A stretch of DNA of 64,000 bases from an uncultured Lachnospira sp. Lineage in GTDB: Bacteria; Bacillota; Clostridia; Lachnospirales; Lachnospiraceae. Below the pieces are notes generated by a model. That model did no database searches. It had not been told where the DNA came from and saw only the letters and a list, made by a program, of their open reading frames with translations. The stretch is from contig CAJUKN010000014.1 of assembly GCA_910587485.1 (NCBI GenBank), positions 27,432-91,431 on the forward strand, given 5' to 3'. A program made the translations under genes and the position numbers. Position 1 is the first letter of the stretch. Each line of letters starts with the position of its first letter. Positions 38,625-48,315 of the stretch are shown one piece after another.

Positions 38625-39290
38625 TTACTTCGTATTAATTGATATTGTTTGTTCCAACTTTTTTAAAATAATATCTTTAGTGAGCGAATTAAGAGAGTTA
38701 GCATACAATTTTAAATGTTCAATTTCTTTTGAATTATTATTTTCAATATAATAATTTGCAAGCATTGAATAAGCAAAACTTATATCTGTTCCAGATTTTA
38801 CAATAAATTCCAGATAGGGAATCGCTTTATCTATCATTCCATTTTTTTCAAGAGCGTTGGCAAGTTTTACAGCAGCTTTGCACATCGCTATAAAATTATC
38901 ATCATATTCTGACATAATAGCAAGATTGGCAGCACCATATTCCATTTTTATATCTGTATTGCTACAATTATTTAAGTTAAACATTTTTTTGTCATAAAAA
39001 CTTGCAAATAAATAATAGGCTTCTTTAATTTCTGGAATTGTAAAAATATTGCTGATAAAAGAATCATTACTATATTCTAAAGAATTATCAGGTAAAGTTT
39101 TATCAGGCAATAAGTGATTTGGTATCACAATATAATTTAAATTAGAAATATCTTTTTTGCGCACTTCATTGGCTTTTCGTTCGCGTTCCCAAAATTGATG
39201 TATTTTTTCATCATTTTTTTTAGAATTTTTCCTTAAAAGTATTTGCAACACAACAATGAATATTATAAAATAAGGCAGTATCAGTTGCAT
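38625..39290 (-). CDS. Hypothetical membrane-anchored protein with TPR-like C-terminus
   Basis: N-terminal TM, FWERERKANEVRKKDIS, helical C-terminus; RBS GGAGG. Confidence 0.75.
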   Translation of the reverse strand: MQLILPYFIIFIVVLQILLRKNSKKNDEKIHQFWERERKANEVRKKDISNLNYIVIPNHLLPDKTLPDNSLEYSNDSFISNIFTIPEIKEAYYLFASFYDKKMFNLNNCSNTDIKMEYGAANLAIMSEYDDNFIAMCKAAVKLANALEKNGMIDKAIPYLEFIVKSGTDISFAYSMLANYYIENNNSKEIEHLKLYANSLNSLTKDIILKKLEQTISINTK

Positions 39291-39323
39291 AAATTAAATC
39301 ACCTCCATATAGAAAGGGTTATT

Positions 39324-39440
39324 ATGATTGATTTTAATAATAAGAAAAATAAAAAAATAATATCATCGGTATTAATTATTCTGCTTATAGCGGCTATGGT
39401 GCTTCCAGTAATTGCCTCAGCAATATTATCTTTTAATTAA
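39324..39440 (+). CDS. Small single-TM membrane protein (38 aa)
   Basis: RBS AGAAAGG; MIDFNNKKNKKIISSVLIILLIAAMVLPVIASAILSFN. Confidence 0.65.
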   Translation: MIDFNNKKNKKIISSVLIILLIAAMVLPVIASAILSFN

Positions 39441-39500
39441 ATTAATAATAAACTATTTAACGAAAAAGAACAAGAGTAGAATAGATTGAAAATTGAAAAT

Positions 39501-39595
39501 TTCAATTACAAGATTTGTGTCTGCGCGTTGCTTGTCACAAATTTATAAGAACGTTTCATTCTTTGTGCAAAAGCAGCGCGGAAATAAGGAAAAAT
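39501..39595 (+). repeat. Family A RBS-proximal structured repeat, copy 6
   Basis: Aligns end to end with 10138-10232; loop CGCGTTGCTT pairs with AAGCAGCGCG. Confidence 0.85.
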
Positions 39596-40603
39596 ATGAA
39601 AATAGGGAAAATATCAAATACAATTTTAAAAAGAACCATTTTAAAAACAATTAGTGGTCTTTATAATTCATATGTTCCAGAAAAAAATAAAGTTGGATTA
39701 AATGCAAATAAGATTCATATAGATGACCAATGTCCAGTGCTGATGGCAACAGATTGTGGGATAGAACCTGTCTATACAGTTGCAAATAATATATGTGTAA
39801 GAGGTGGTAGACCTGTTTGCATACAATGCAGCATTGTTCTTCCTACAAATTTTCGTGAGATAAGATTGCGAAAGATAATGGAGGAGTTGTCAAATGATTG
39901 TCGCCTTCTTGGACTTGCAATAGCAGGAGGACATACACAGGTTAGTGCATCGGTTTTAAAACCTATTATTTCTGTAACAGGCATTGGCATAATGGAAAAT
40001 GATAAAGACATAATACAAAGTAATAAGGCTCATGTCAATGAAGATATCATTCTTACAAAATGGATAGGTATTGGAGGTATACGAAATATTATTGAACATA
40101 GCAAAGAGGAAATCTTATTAAGATATAATATGGATTTTATTGATAAAGCTATGGGAAATAAACAAGATATGTCCATTTTACGTGAAGCTGAAATTGCTAA
40201 AAAAGCAGGTGTGCATTGTATGCACGATGTATCGCAGGGCGGCATTTTTGCAGCATTATGGGATATGGCAGAAGCATCGGGTGTAGGTATTGATATAGAC
40301 CTTAGAAAAATTCCAGTGAAACAGGAAATTATTGAAATTTGTGAAATGTATGATATCAATCCATATCAATTACAATCTGCAGGTTGTTTGTTAATGACAT
40401 TTGCAGATGGATATGGTATAGTAGATGTATTAGCGAATGCAGGGATTGAGGCAAGTGTGATTGGCAAAACGATATCAGGAAATGATAAGATTATTCATAA
40501 TCTGGATGAAGTTCGCTATCTGGACTTGCCAAAGCAAGACAGTTTGTATGCTAATTGGAAAGGAAATGTTGATGATGAGAGAAAAAATATTAAGTTTACT
40601 TGA
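39596..40603 (+). CDS. AIR synthase-related (HypE/PurM-like) protein
   Basis: MKIGK, IAGGHT, MHDVSQGG, DINPYQL. Confidence 0.85.
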   Translation: MKIGKISNTILKRTILKTISGLYNSYVPEKNKVGLNANKIHIDDQCPVLMATDCGIEPVYTVANNICVRGGRPVCIQCSIVLPTNFREIRLRKIMEELSNDCRLLGLAIAGGHTQVSASVLKPIISVTGIGIMENDKDIIQSNKAHVNEDIILTKWIGIGGIRNIIEHSKEEILLRYNMDFIDKAMGNKQDMSILREAEIAKKAGVHCMHDVSQGGIFAALWDMAEASGVGIDIDLRKIPVKQEIIEICEMYDINPYQLQSAGCLLMTFADGYGIVDVLANAGIEASVIGKTISGNDKIIHNLDEVRYLDLPKQDSLYANWKGNVDDERKNIKFT

Positions 40604-41057
40604 GAAAAACAGCAGGATTGATATTAAAGATGTGGCAGTTATGCTTGGTGTTAGTGAAGTAGAAGTAGCAAATGAGATTGCTGCTATGGAAAAAGAAAAT
40701 ATTATCTGTGGCTATAATACAATAATAGATTGGTCAAAGACGGGCGATGAAAAAGTCATTGCGCTGATAGAGGTAAAAGTTACACCACAGAGAGGATTAG
40801 GGTTTGATAAGATTGCAGAAAGACTGTATCAATATGATGAAGTCACATCCGTATATTTGATGTCTGGAGGTTTTGATTTTACAGTGATAGTAGAAGATAA
40901 AACAATGAAGGCAGTAGCACAGTTTGTTGCGGATAAACTCTCGCCGTTAGAGACTGTTCTTAGCACATCAACACATTTTGTTCTTAAAAAATATAAGGAT
41001 TATGGAACCGTTTTAGGCTCTACGCACAAGGACGAAAGGATATTAATAACACCATGA
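40572..41057 (+). CDS. Lrp/AsnC family transcriptional regulator
   Basis: ILSLLEKNSR HTH; VYLMSGGFDF. Confidence 0.9.
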   Translation: MMREKILSLLEKNSRIDIKDVAVMLGVSEVEVANEIAAMEKENIICGYNTIIDWSKTGDEKVIALIEVKVTPQRGLGFDKIAERLYQYDEVTSVYLMSGGFDFTVIVEDKTMKAVAQFVADKLSPLETVLSTSTHFVLKKYKDYGTVLGSTHKDERILITP

Positions 41058-42211
41058 GAAATGTATTGTCTAAAAAAATAGTGGATATTGAACCATCAGG
41101 AATTAGAAAATTTTTTGATGTGGTCAGCGAGATGCCTGGAGCTATATCGCTTGGTGTAGGTGAACCCGATTTTGATACACCCTATGTTGTTCGAGAAGAG
41201 GGAATATATGCGTTAGAGCAAGGAAAGACATACTACACAGCAAATGCAGGTCTAAAAGAGTTAAGGGAAGAGATTAGTATTTATCTAAACAGAAAATATG
41301 GTTTATATTATGAATCTGATAAAGAAATTGTTGTTACTGTTGGCGGTAGTGAAGGTATTGATTTAGCACTGCGATGTATGATAAATCCAGGTGATGAGGT
41401 TTTAATTCCACAGCCTTGTTTTGTATCCTATGCGCCATGTGCAATTATGGCGGATGCCACACCTGTATATATTAATCTCAAAGAAGAAAATGAATTTAAA
41501 CTGACAAAGGAAGAATTAGCTGCAAGTATTACAGATAAGACAAAAATATTGATGTTAGCTTATCCAAGCAATCCAACGGGAGCAATTATGACAAAAGAGG
41601 AATTGGAAGAGTTGGTGCCAATTATAATAGAACATGATTTATATGTTATTTCTGATGAGATTTACTCCGAATTAACATATGACAATAAGCATTGCTCAAT
41701 AGCATCTCTGCTGGGTATGAAGGAACGAACCATAGTGATTAATGGTTTTTCAAAGTCTTTTGCTATGACAGGCTGGCGACTTGGATATGCTTGCGGACCA
41801 AAAAACATTATGGAACAAATATTGAAATTACATCAATTTGCTATTATGTGTGCGCCTACAAATAGTCAGTTTGCTGCTGTTGAGGCATTAAGAAACTGTG
41901 ATGATGATGTCGATAAAATGGTGGAAGCATATAATCAAAGGAGACGTTTTTTGATTCATCAACTAAAAGAAATAGGAATTGAATGTTTTGAACCATATGG
42001 GGCATTTTACATATTTCCATCTATCAAAAAGTTTGGTATGTCCTCAGAAGAATTTGCCAATCGATTATTACAAGAACAAAAACTTGCAGTAATTCCGGGT
42101 ACTGCATTTGGTGCATGTGGAGAAGGATTTGTGAGAATATCCTACGCATATTCTATTGAAAACCTTAAAGTAGGATTAGATAGAATTAAAAAGTTTATTG
42201 AGAGTATTTAA
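41054..42211 (+). CDS. PLP-dependent aminotransferase class I/II
   Basis: LGVGEPDF, PSNPTG, SDEIY, GFSKSFAMTGWRLG. Confidence 0.95.
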   Translation: MRNVLSKKIVDIEPSGIRKFFDVVSEMPGAISLGVGEPDFDTPYVVREEGIYALEQGKTYYTANAGLKELREEISIYLNRKYGLYYESDKEIVVTVGGSEGIDLALRCMINPGDEVLIPQPCFVSYAPCAIMADATPVYINLKEENEFKLTKEELAASITDKTKILMLAYPSNPTGAIMTKEELEELVPIIIEHDLYVISDEIYSELTYDNKHCSIASLLGMKERTIVINGFSKSFAMTGWRLGYACGPKNIMEQILKLHQFAIMCAPTNSQFAAVEALRNCDDDVDKMVEAYNQRRRFLIHQLKEIGIECFEPYGAFYIFPSIKKFGMSSEEFANRLLQEQKLAVIPGTAFGACGEGFVRISYAYSIENLKVGLDRIKKFIESI

Positions 42212-42221
42212 GGAGAAGTAA

Positions 42222-42692
42222 ATGTCAATCAATGTAGAATATATTAATCCATTTTTAATGGCGGCGACTAGTATTATAAAGGATATTTGTCAAGTTGATA
42301 TTGCTGTAGGAAAACCTTATATCAAACAGGCAGAATTTTCAAGTGATTCCGTTGTTATTATGATAGGTGTTACAGGTGAAATGCGTGGTCAGGTTATGCT
42401 TGCTCTAAGTTATAAAAAATCATTAGAGATTGCCTCTAAAATGATGGCAGGATTTAATGTGACGGAGCTTGACGCCATGTCTTTAAGCGCCATTAGTGAA
42501 CTGGGCAATATGATTATGGGCAATGCGGCGACGATACTCTCAACAAAAGGAATTGGAATTGATATTACACCTCCTGCTATTTGCAGAGGAAATATGACTA
42601 TTTCACATGCACATACACAAAATATATGTATTCCGTTAAGTGGCGGTGATATTACAATAGAACTTGATGTAGCAGTAAAGGATGCAAAATAA
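42222..42692 (+). CDS. cheX: Chemotaxis phosphatase CheX
   Basis: INPF, IGVTG, SAISELGNMIMGNA, IDITPP. Confidence 0.9.
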   Translation: MSINVEYINPFLMAATSIIKDICQVDIAVGKPYIKQAEFSSDSVVIMIGVTGEMRGQVMLALSYKKSLEIASKMMAGFNVTELDAMSLSAISELGNMIMGNAATILSTKGIGIDITPPAICRGNMTISHAHTQNICIPLSGGDITIELDVAVKDAK

Positions 42693-43190
42693 ATGTTAAA
42701 TATTGTTTTACTAGAGCCAGAGATGCCTGCCAATACAGGAAATATTGGACGAACTTGTGTTGCGACAGGCACGAGGCTGCATTTGATTCGACCGTTAGGT
42801 TTTCATTTAAATGAAAAGATGCTTAAACGAGCAGGACTTGATTATTGGGAACAATTGGATGTGTCAATTTATGATGATTATCAAGATTTTTTAATAAAAA
42901 ATCCCAATGCAACAATATATATGGCAACAACAAAGGCTCATAAGATTTATACAGAAGTGGAATTTGAGTCCGATGCTTATATTATGTTTGGAAAAGAAAG
43001 TGCAGGTATTCCAGAATCCATATTAATAGATAATGAAGATACCTGCATACGCATACCAATGATTGGGGAGATTAGGTCGTTGAATCTTTCTAATTCAGTA
43101 GCAATTGTCTTGTATGAAGCATTAAGACAACATCAATTTGAATCTATGAATTTGTGCGGTCAGCTTCACCATTTAAAATGGAAATCCTAA
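42693..43190 (+). CDS. trmL: tRNA (cytidine(34)-2'-O)-methyltransferase
   Basis: PANTGNIGRTC, RAGLDYW, FGKESAG, RSLNLSN. Confidence 0.95.
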   Translation: MLNIVLLEPEMPANTGNIGRTCVATGTRLHLIRPLGFHLNEKMLKRAGLDYWEQLDVSIYDDYQDFLIKNPNATIYMATTKAHKIYTEVEFESDAYIMFGKESAGIPESILIDNEDTCIRIPMIGEIRSLNLSNSVAIVLYEALRQHQFESMNLCGQLHHLKWKS

Positions 43191-44607
43191 CAATGGGCAA
43201 AGTGAATATAAATTCTGTACCCACGCCTTCAGTGCTTATAACGTCGATATTTTCGTTATGTGCCTGAAGGATTTCTTTTACAATGGAAAGACCTAGTCCA
43301 GACCCTTTTTTATCACGACCTCTTGATGAATCCGATTTATAAAATCGGTCCCATATTTTAGGTAATTTTTCTTTTGGTATTCCACAGCCAACATCACGAA
43401 TTGAAATATGTACCTTTTCGCCTTTTTCAGTGATTGTAATATAAATATTAGAATTGTCATTACTAAATTTAATAGCATTGTCAATAAGATTGTATATTAC
43501 TTGTCCAATTTTTAATTTATCGCCATGCACAAGCTGTTTTTCATTAGCATATGTCAATTGAAAATGTATTTTACGCTTTTTACAATTTCCTTCAAATGTT
43601 TCAATGGTGTGTTTGACAAGTGCATTGATATCAAATGTATTTGATTCAAGGCATACAGTCTTTGGGTCAAGTTCATTTAAGGTTAAAATATTACTTGTAA
43701 GTTTTGTTAATCGGTCGGTTTCAAAAAGTACAATATCAATGTATTTGCTCTGCATTTCAGGTGGAATTGTTCCATCCGATATGGCTTCAAGGTATCCTTT
43801 AATAGAAGTGAGCGGAGAGCGAAAGTCATGGGATATATTAGAGAGGAACCGTTGCTGAAACTGGTCCATCTCTGCAAGTTTAGAAGCCATATAATCAAGA
43901 GAGACAGCAATCTGTCCCAATTCGTCTTTATGTTTTATTCCAGTACGGTAAGAAAGATTACCTTTTCCGTATTCTGTAATAGCAGTAAGAATACTTTTTG
44001 CAGGTTTATGTACATTGATAATATAAATGATAATAAAGGATAAATTTAATAAAATCATAGTAAGCCATGTCATATAATTGGTGTTAAATGTAGTATTTAC
44101 ACGCTCTGCGATAATGGATTCTGGAAGATGCACAACAACATAGCCTTTCATTACAAAGGCGTTTGTGATAGGCGCAAATGCAGAAACATAAATTTCATTA
44201 AATTTACCATAAAAATTGCCCTTGATACAATGTTCATTGCCTAAAGAGTCAAGATTAAAATCGTTAATGGTATATAAAATACTATTTTCATGAATTTCTT
44301 CATTTGTGCTGGTATATTGTGAATCAAGAGTGACTTCACCTGATGTATTGATAAACATAATGCGGGAGCCTGACAATTTAGAGATGGTTTTTAACTCCAG
44401 CTCAATTAAGCGCAGTTTTTCATTGCTAAAATAATTGGGCGCATATTCTGTGGCAATAGAGACTGCTTGACGATACATATCGTCTGCCAAACTATTATAT
44501 ACACGTTTATATTCAATGCGGTATATAATTTGTGAAACACAGGCAAAACCTAAAACAGCAATAAGAATATAGATACATATATACTTAATCATAAGATTAA
44601 ATTTCAT
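43144..44607 (-). CDS. HAMP-domain sensor histidine kinase
   Basis: SHDFRSPLT, NLIDNAIKF, DVGCGI, GSGLGL. Confidence 0.95.
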   Translation of the reverse strand: MKFNLMIKYICIYILIAVLGFACVSQIIYRIEYKRVYNSLADDMYRQAVSIATEYAPNYFSNEKLRLIELELKTISKLSGSRIMFINTSGEVTLDSQYTSTNEEIHENSILYTINDFNLDSLGNEHCIKGNFYGKFNEIYVSAFAPITNAFVMKGYVVVHLPESIIAERVNTTFNTNYMTWLTMILLNLSFIIIYIINVHKPAKSILTAITEYGKGNLSYRTGIKHKDELGQIAVSLDYMASKLAEMDQFQQRFLSNISHDFRSPLTSIKGYLEAISDGTIPPEMQSKYIDIVLFETDRLTKLTSNILTLNELDPKTVCLESNTFDINALVKHTIETFEGNCKKRKIHFQLTYANEKQLVHGDKLKIGQVIYNLIDNAIKFSNDNSNIYITITEKGEKVHISIRDVGCGIPKEKLPKIWDRFYKSDSSRGRDKKGSGLGLSIVKEILQAHNENIDVISTEGVGTEFIFTLPIVRISILNGEADRTNS

Positions 44608-44629
44608 AGTAATAAGCTGCCTTTCTACA

Positions 44630-45334
44630 TTATCCTTTTGTTATAAATTTATATCCAATTCCCCAAACAGTGTCAATCTTCCATTTGGAGTGGTCTTTTA
44701 TCTTTTCACGGATACGTTTTATATGGACATCTACAGTTCTAGTATCACCGACATATTCATAGCCCCATATATTGTCTAAAAGCTGTTCTCTTGTAAAGAC
44801 CTGATTTGGAGAATTGGCAAGAAAATATAGTAATTCTAGCTCTTTAGGAGGCATATCGACTGTTTTACCCATGTATGTTACAGAATAATTGGATAAATTA
44901 ATAATCAAGTCTGGATATTCAACATATTGTGAAGGTTCATCTGAATTTGATTCTGTTTGAGGAATGTTATAGCGCCTTAACACAGCTTTTATTCGCGCAA
45001 TAAGTTCTTTTGTCTCAAATGGTTTGATAATGTAATCATCTGCTCCTAATTCTAAACCCAATACTTTGTCAAATGTTTCACCTTTTGCCGATAGCATAAT
45101 AATAGGTGTATTATTATGTTTTCGGACTTCTCGGCAGACCTGATATCCGTCAATGCCTGGAAGCATCAAATCTAACAATATAAGATTTGGTTTAAATAAA
45201 TCTAATTCTTTTAAGGCATTTTCACCATCCCATACGATTTTTGTCTCAAAACATTCTTTTGTAAGATAAAGAGATATTAGTTCTGCAATATTTTCATCAT
45301 CATCAACTATTAAAATGCGTTGCTTAAGTGCCAT
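44630..45334 (-). CDS. OmpR-family response regulator
   Basis: ILIVDDD, LLDLMLP, GADDYIIKPF, RTVDVHIKRIR. Confidence 0.96.
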   Translation of the reverse strand: MALKQRILIVDDDENIAELISLYLTKECFETKIVWDGENALKELDLFKPNLILLDLMLPGIDGYQVCREVRKHNNTPIIMLSAKGETFDKVLGLELGADDYIIKPFETKELIARIKAVLRRYNIPQTESNSDEPSQYVEYPDLIINLSNYSVTYMGKTVDMPPKELELLYFLANSPNQVFTREQLLDNIWGYEYVGDTRTVDVHIKRIREKIKDHSKWKIDTVWGIGYKFITKG

Positions 45335-45450
45335 AATATTTGAATCTCCATTTCTGTGGTTTTTATATAATAGAAAATTGATTGTAACTATATTTGTTGT
45401 GTCTGATATAAAATTGTACAATAGACTGTTCAATTTTGTTATAAAATTTT

Positions 45451-47814
45451 TTATTTAAATTCAACAATAGTTACACCTGAATCACCCTCACCAAGTGTGC
45501 CAAGTCGAAATGTTTTTACATAAGGGATGCCCTTTAGATAAGAAGATACAGCATTTCGCAAAGCACCTGTTCCCTTTCCGTGTACAATTCGTACAGCACC
45601 TATTTTTGAGAGGTAGGCATCGTCAAGATATTTGTCAAGACGTGAAATTGCCTCATCTACAGTACAGCCTAACAGATTAATCTCAGAAGAGATAGAAGAA
45701 GATTTTGCCATTCTGATTTTACCAGAACTGCTTGATTTGGTAACAACCTTTTCTTCAGGTGTTTTGTAATTATCTAAAATTTCAAGGTCACTGATAATAG
45801 CCTTTGTAGAAAGGCTGCCTACATTGACGCTAACTTCTCCTTTTTGATTTGGTTTACCAGCAATGGTGCCAATAATATTCATGCTTAAAATTCGTACATA
45901 AACGCCTTCTTTAAATTCAGAGATATCAGAAGCCTTGCGGGATTTGACAACAGGTTGTTTAATGGCAAGCTTTTCTTGACGCTTATTCATTTTATCACGA
46001 ACGGCACTGCGCTGTTTTTCTAATTCTTTGACGGACATACCATGTTTATTCATTGTTTTGATGGTTTCGTCAGCAAACTCTTTTGCTTCTCTTAATATAT
46101 CAGCCGCTTGTTCATTCGCTTTTCGTATAATATTGTCTGTTCGCTCATCAAGTCTTTTCGATTTTGCTTTCAATTCTGCTTTTAGTTTTTTAATTTCTTC
46201 TTTATAAGAATCAATTTCTTTTTGTTCTTTTTCTATAGTTAGTCTGCTATGTTCTAAATCGCTTAATAAATCCTCAAAATGGATATCTTCTGCCTTCATA
46301 TGGTTGTTGGCATTGTCTATAATATATTGAGGAAGTCCTAATTTTTTTGAAATAGCAAAGGCGTTGCTTTTTCCGGGTACACCAATAAGCAGGCGATAAG
46401 TAGGCTTTAGGGAAGCAACATCAAATTCGCAGCTTGCATTGCAAACGCCTTTTGTCGTCATAGCATATACTTTAATTTCACTGTAATGTGTTGTAGCCAT
46501 TGTGGTAATATTTCGTGTATGCAAATCGTCTAAAATGGATATAGCAAGAGCAGCGCCTTCTGTGGGGTCTGTTCCCGCTCCAATCTCATCAAAAAGAATA
46601 AGACTATTTTCATCAGCTTCATTTAATATTTTTACTGTATTAGTCATATGAGATGAAAAGGTACTCAAACTTTGTTCAATACTTTGTTCATCTCCAATAT
46701 CCGCATAGATATTATAAAAAACTGAAATATTTGAATTTTCCATTGCGGGAATATTTAATCCAGCTTGTGCCATCAATGTCAATAGTCCAACTGTTTTAAG
46801 AGAAACGGTTTTGCCGCCTGTGTTAGGACCTGTGATAATAAGTAAGTTAAAATCTTTTCCAAGATAAATGTCAATAGGAACCACCTCATTTGGTGAAATC
46901 AGTGGGTGACGTCCCTGTTTAATGTTAATGTAATGGTTGTCATTCATAATTGGACGTCCGCAATGGTAATGTTTGGACAGTAAAGCCTTAGCAAAAATAA
47001 AATCCAATTTTACAACGACATTATAATTAGTAGAAAGTTCATTGATAAATTCGCTTGCTTTAGCACTTAATGCAGCAAGAATTGCCTCAATTTCTGCCTG
47101 TTCTTTCAATTCAAGTTCACGAATATCGTTATTTAATTTTACGACCGTAGCAGGTTCAATGAATAAAGTAGAACCAGTGGCAGATTGGTCGTGTATCATT
47201 CCTGATATTTGGGATTTATATTCCGCTTTAACTGGAAGACAGTAACGTCCTTGTCTTGATGTAATGACATAGTCTTGTAAATACATTCTGGTGCCGGGAG
47301 AGTTTAAAATTCGGTTGAGTTCTGTATGAATTTTATCGGCTGCCAGTTTCATTTTTCGTCGTATATCTCTTAAATTGGGACTGGCATCGTCACTAATTTC
47401 ATCTTCTGAAAGAATGCACATTTTTATTTGATTATTCAGTGGTGTAAGTGGCTCTAAAGAATCAAAATAATGTGTTAAGGAATCCTCAGTTTCCTCAAAA
47501 TGGTTTTTAGCAATACCTGTTACAGTTAAAAGTGCGCTAATATGAAGAAGCTCAACAATTCCTAAAGAACTTCCAATCTCAAGGCGTTTTAAGCTATCCG
47601 TTATATCGGTCACACCAGAAAATGGAATGGTTCCTTTGGCATATACCCTTGACAGTGCATCATTTGTTTCAGTAAGTGCTGTATTGATAGCATTGATATC
47701 TGTCATTGGCGTTAAAGCAAGTGCTTCATTTTTAGCAGCTTCACTGGTTGCAAAAGCCTCCAGTTTTTCAATTATTTTATTATATTCAAGAGTCTTTAAT
47801 GACTTAAGATTCAT
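45451..47814 (-). CDS. mutS2: Endonuclease MutS2
   Basis: TGPNTGGKT, QSLSTFSSHM, DEIGAGTDP, Smr domain VHGKGTG. Confidence 0.97.
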   Translation of the reverse strand: MNLKSLKTLEYNKIIEKLEAFATSEAAKNEALALTPMTDINAINTALTETNDALSRVYAKGTIPFSGVTDITDSLKRLEIGSSLGIVELLHISALLTVTGIAKNHFEETEDSLTHYFDSLEPLTPLNNQIKMCILSEDEISDDASPNLRDIRRKMKLAADKIHTELNRILNSPGTRMYLQDYVITSRQGRYCLPVKAEYKSQISGMIHDQSATGSTLFIEPATVVKLNNDIRELELKEQAEIEAILAALSAKASEFINELSTNYNVVVKLDFIFAKALLSKHYHCGRPIMNDNHYINIKQGRHPLISPNEVVPIDIYLGKDFNLLIITGPNTGGKTVSLKTVGLLTLMAQAGLNIPAMENSNISVFYNIYADIGDEQSIEQSLSTFSSHMTNTVKILNEADENSLILFDEIGAGTDPTEGAALAISILDDLHTRNITTMATTHYSEIKVYAMTTKGVCNASCEFDVASLKPTYRLLIGVPGKSNAFAISKKLGLPQYIIDNANNHMKAEDIHFEDLLSDLEHSRLTIEKEQKEIDSYKEEIKKLKAELKAKSKRLDERTDNIIRKANEQAADILREAKEFADETIKTMNKHGMSVKELEKQRSAVRDKMNKRQEKLAIKQPVVKSRKASDISEFKEGVYVRILSMNIIGTIAGKPNQKGEVSVNVGSLSTKAIISDLEILDNYKTPEEKVVTKSSSSGKIRMAKSSSISSEINLLGCTVDEAISRLDKYLDDAYLSKIGAVRIVHGKGTGALRNAVSSYLKGIPYVKTFRLGTLGEGDSGVTIVEFK

Positions 47815-47921
47815 TGTTTCCTCATTTCTGTGCAATGCTGCACGTTTTTTTATTCTTGCAGACAATGAGCCAATCACTATACTATTGTAAAGGATTTGAC
47901 CAATATCAGCATGGCTCATCT
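47815..47921 (-). repeat. Divergent family A-like leader of mutS2
   Basis: Minus strand ATGAGCC/GGCTCAT stem, ATGCTG complementary to CAGCAT, ends GCACAGAAATGAGG. Confidence 0.45.
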
Positions 47922-48035
47922 GTAAAGTGCTTAATCTATTGTACAGCATTTTAACAAAATGGTAAATGCAATATTTACAGCTAAGTCATAAAATGTTCAT
48001 ATATATAGATTATAATAAATGAAAAATGTACAATT

Positions 48036-48160
48036 TAACCTCATTAAGAAAGCCCCATTTCAATGTCGTAGAGGTATAAGTGGGGGTGGGGACTTGCGTT
48101 GCAATAGCAGCTATGAGGTTATAAGCAAGTAGAACAGCGGATTGTGAATATTTGCTTGAC
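48036..48160 (+). repeat. Family B repeat with IS200/IS605-end-like palindrome
   Basis: TAACCTCATTAAGAAAGCCCCATTT...AAGTGGGG-GTGGGGACTTGC...GCAGCTATGAGGTTATAAGCAAGT...GCGGATTGTGAATAT...TTGAC. Confidence 0.8.
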
Positions 48161-48315
48161 ATAATATTTAAATTGAAATTGTAGAAGCTTTGAAAATAGA
48201 ACATGGAGACAAAATCTCCCTCAAAAAATGGTGTTGTATGTAAAGTTAGAATGATAAATGATTTTAAAAGTCATAAAGATTCTTTTCATAAAAACCAATA
48301 TAGATAAGGATTAAT

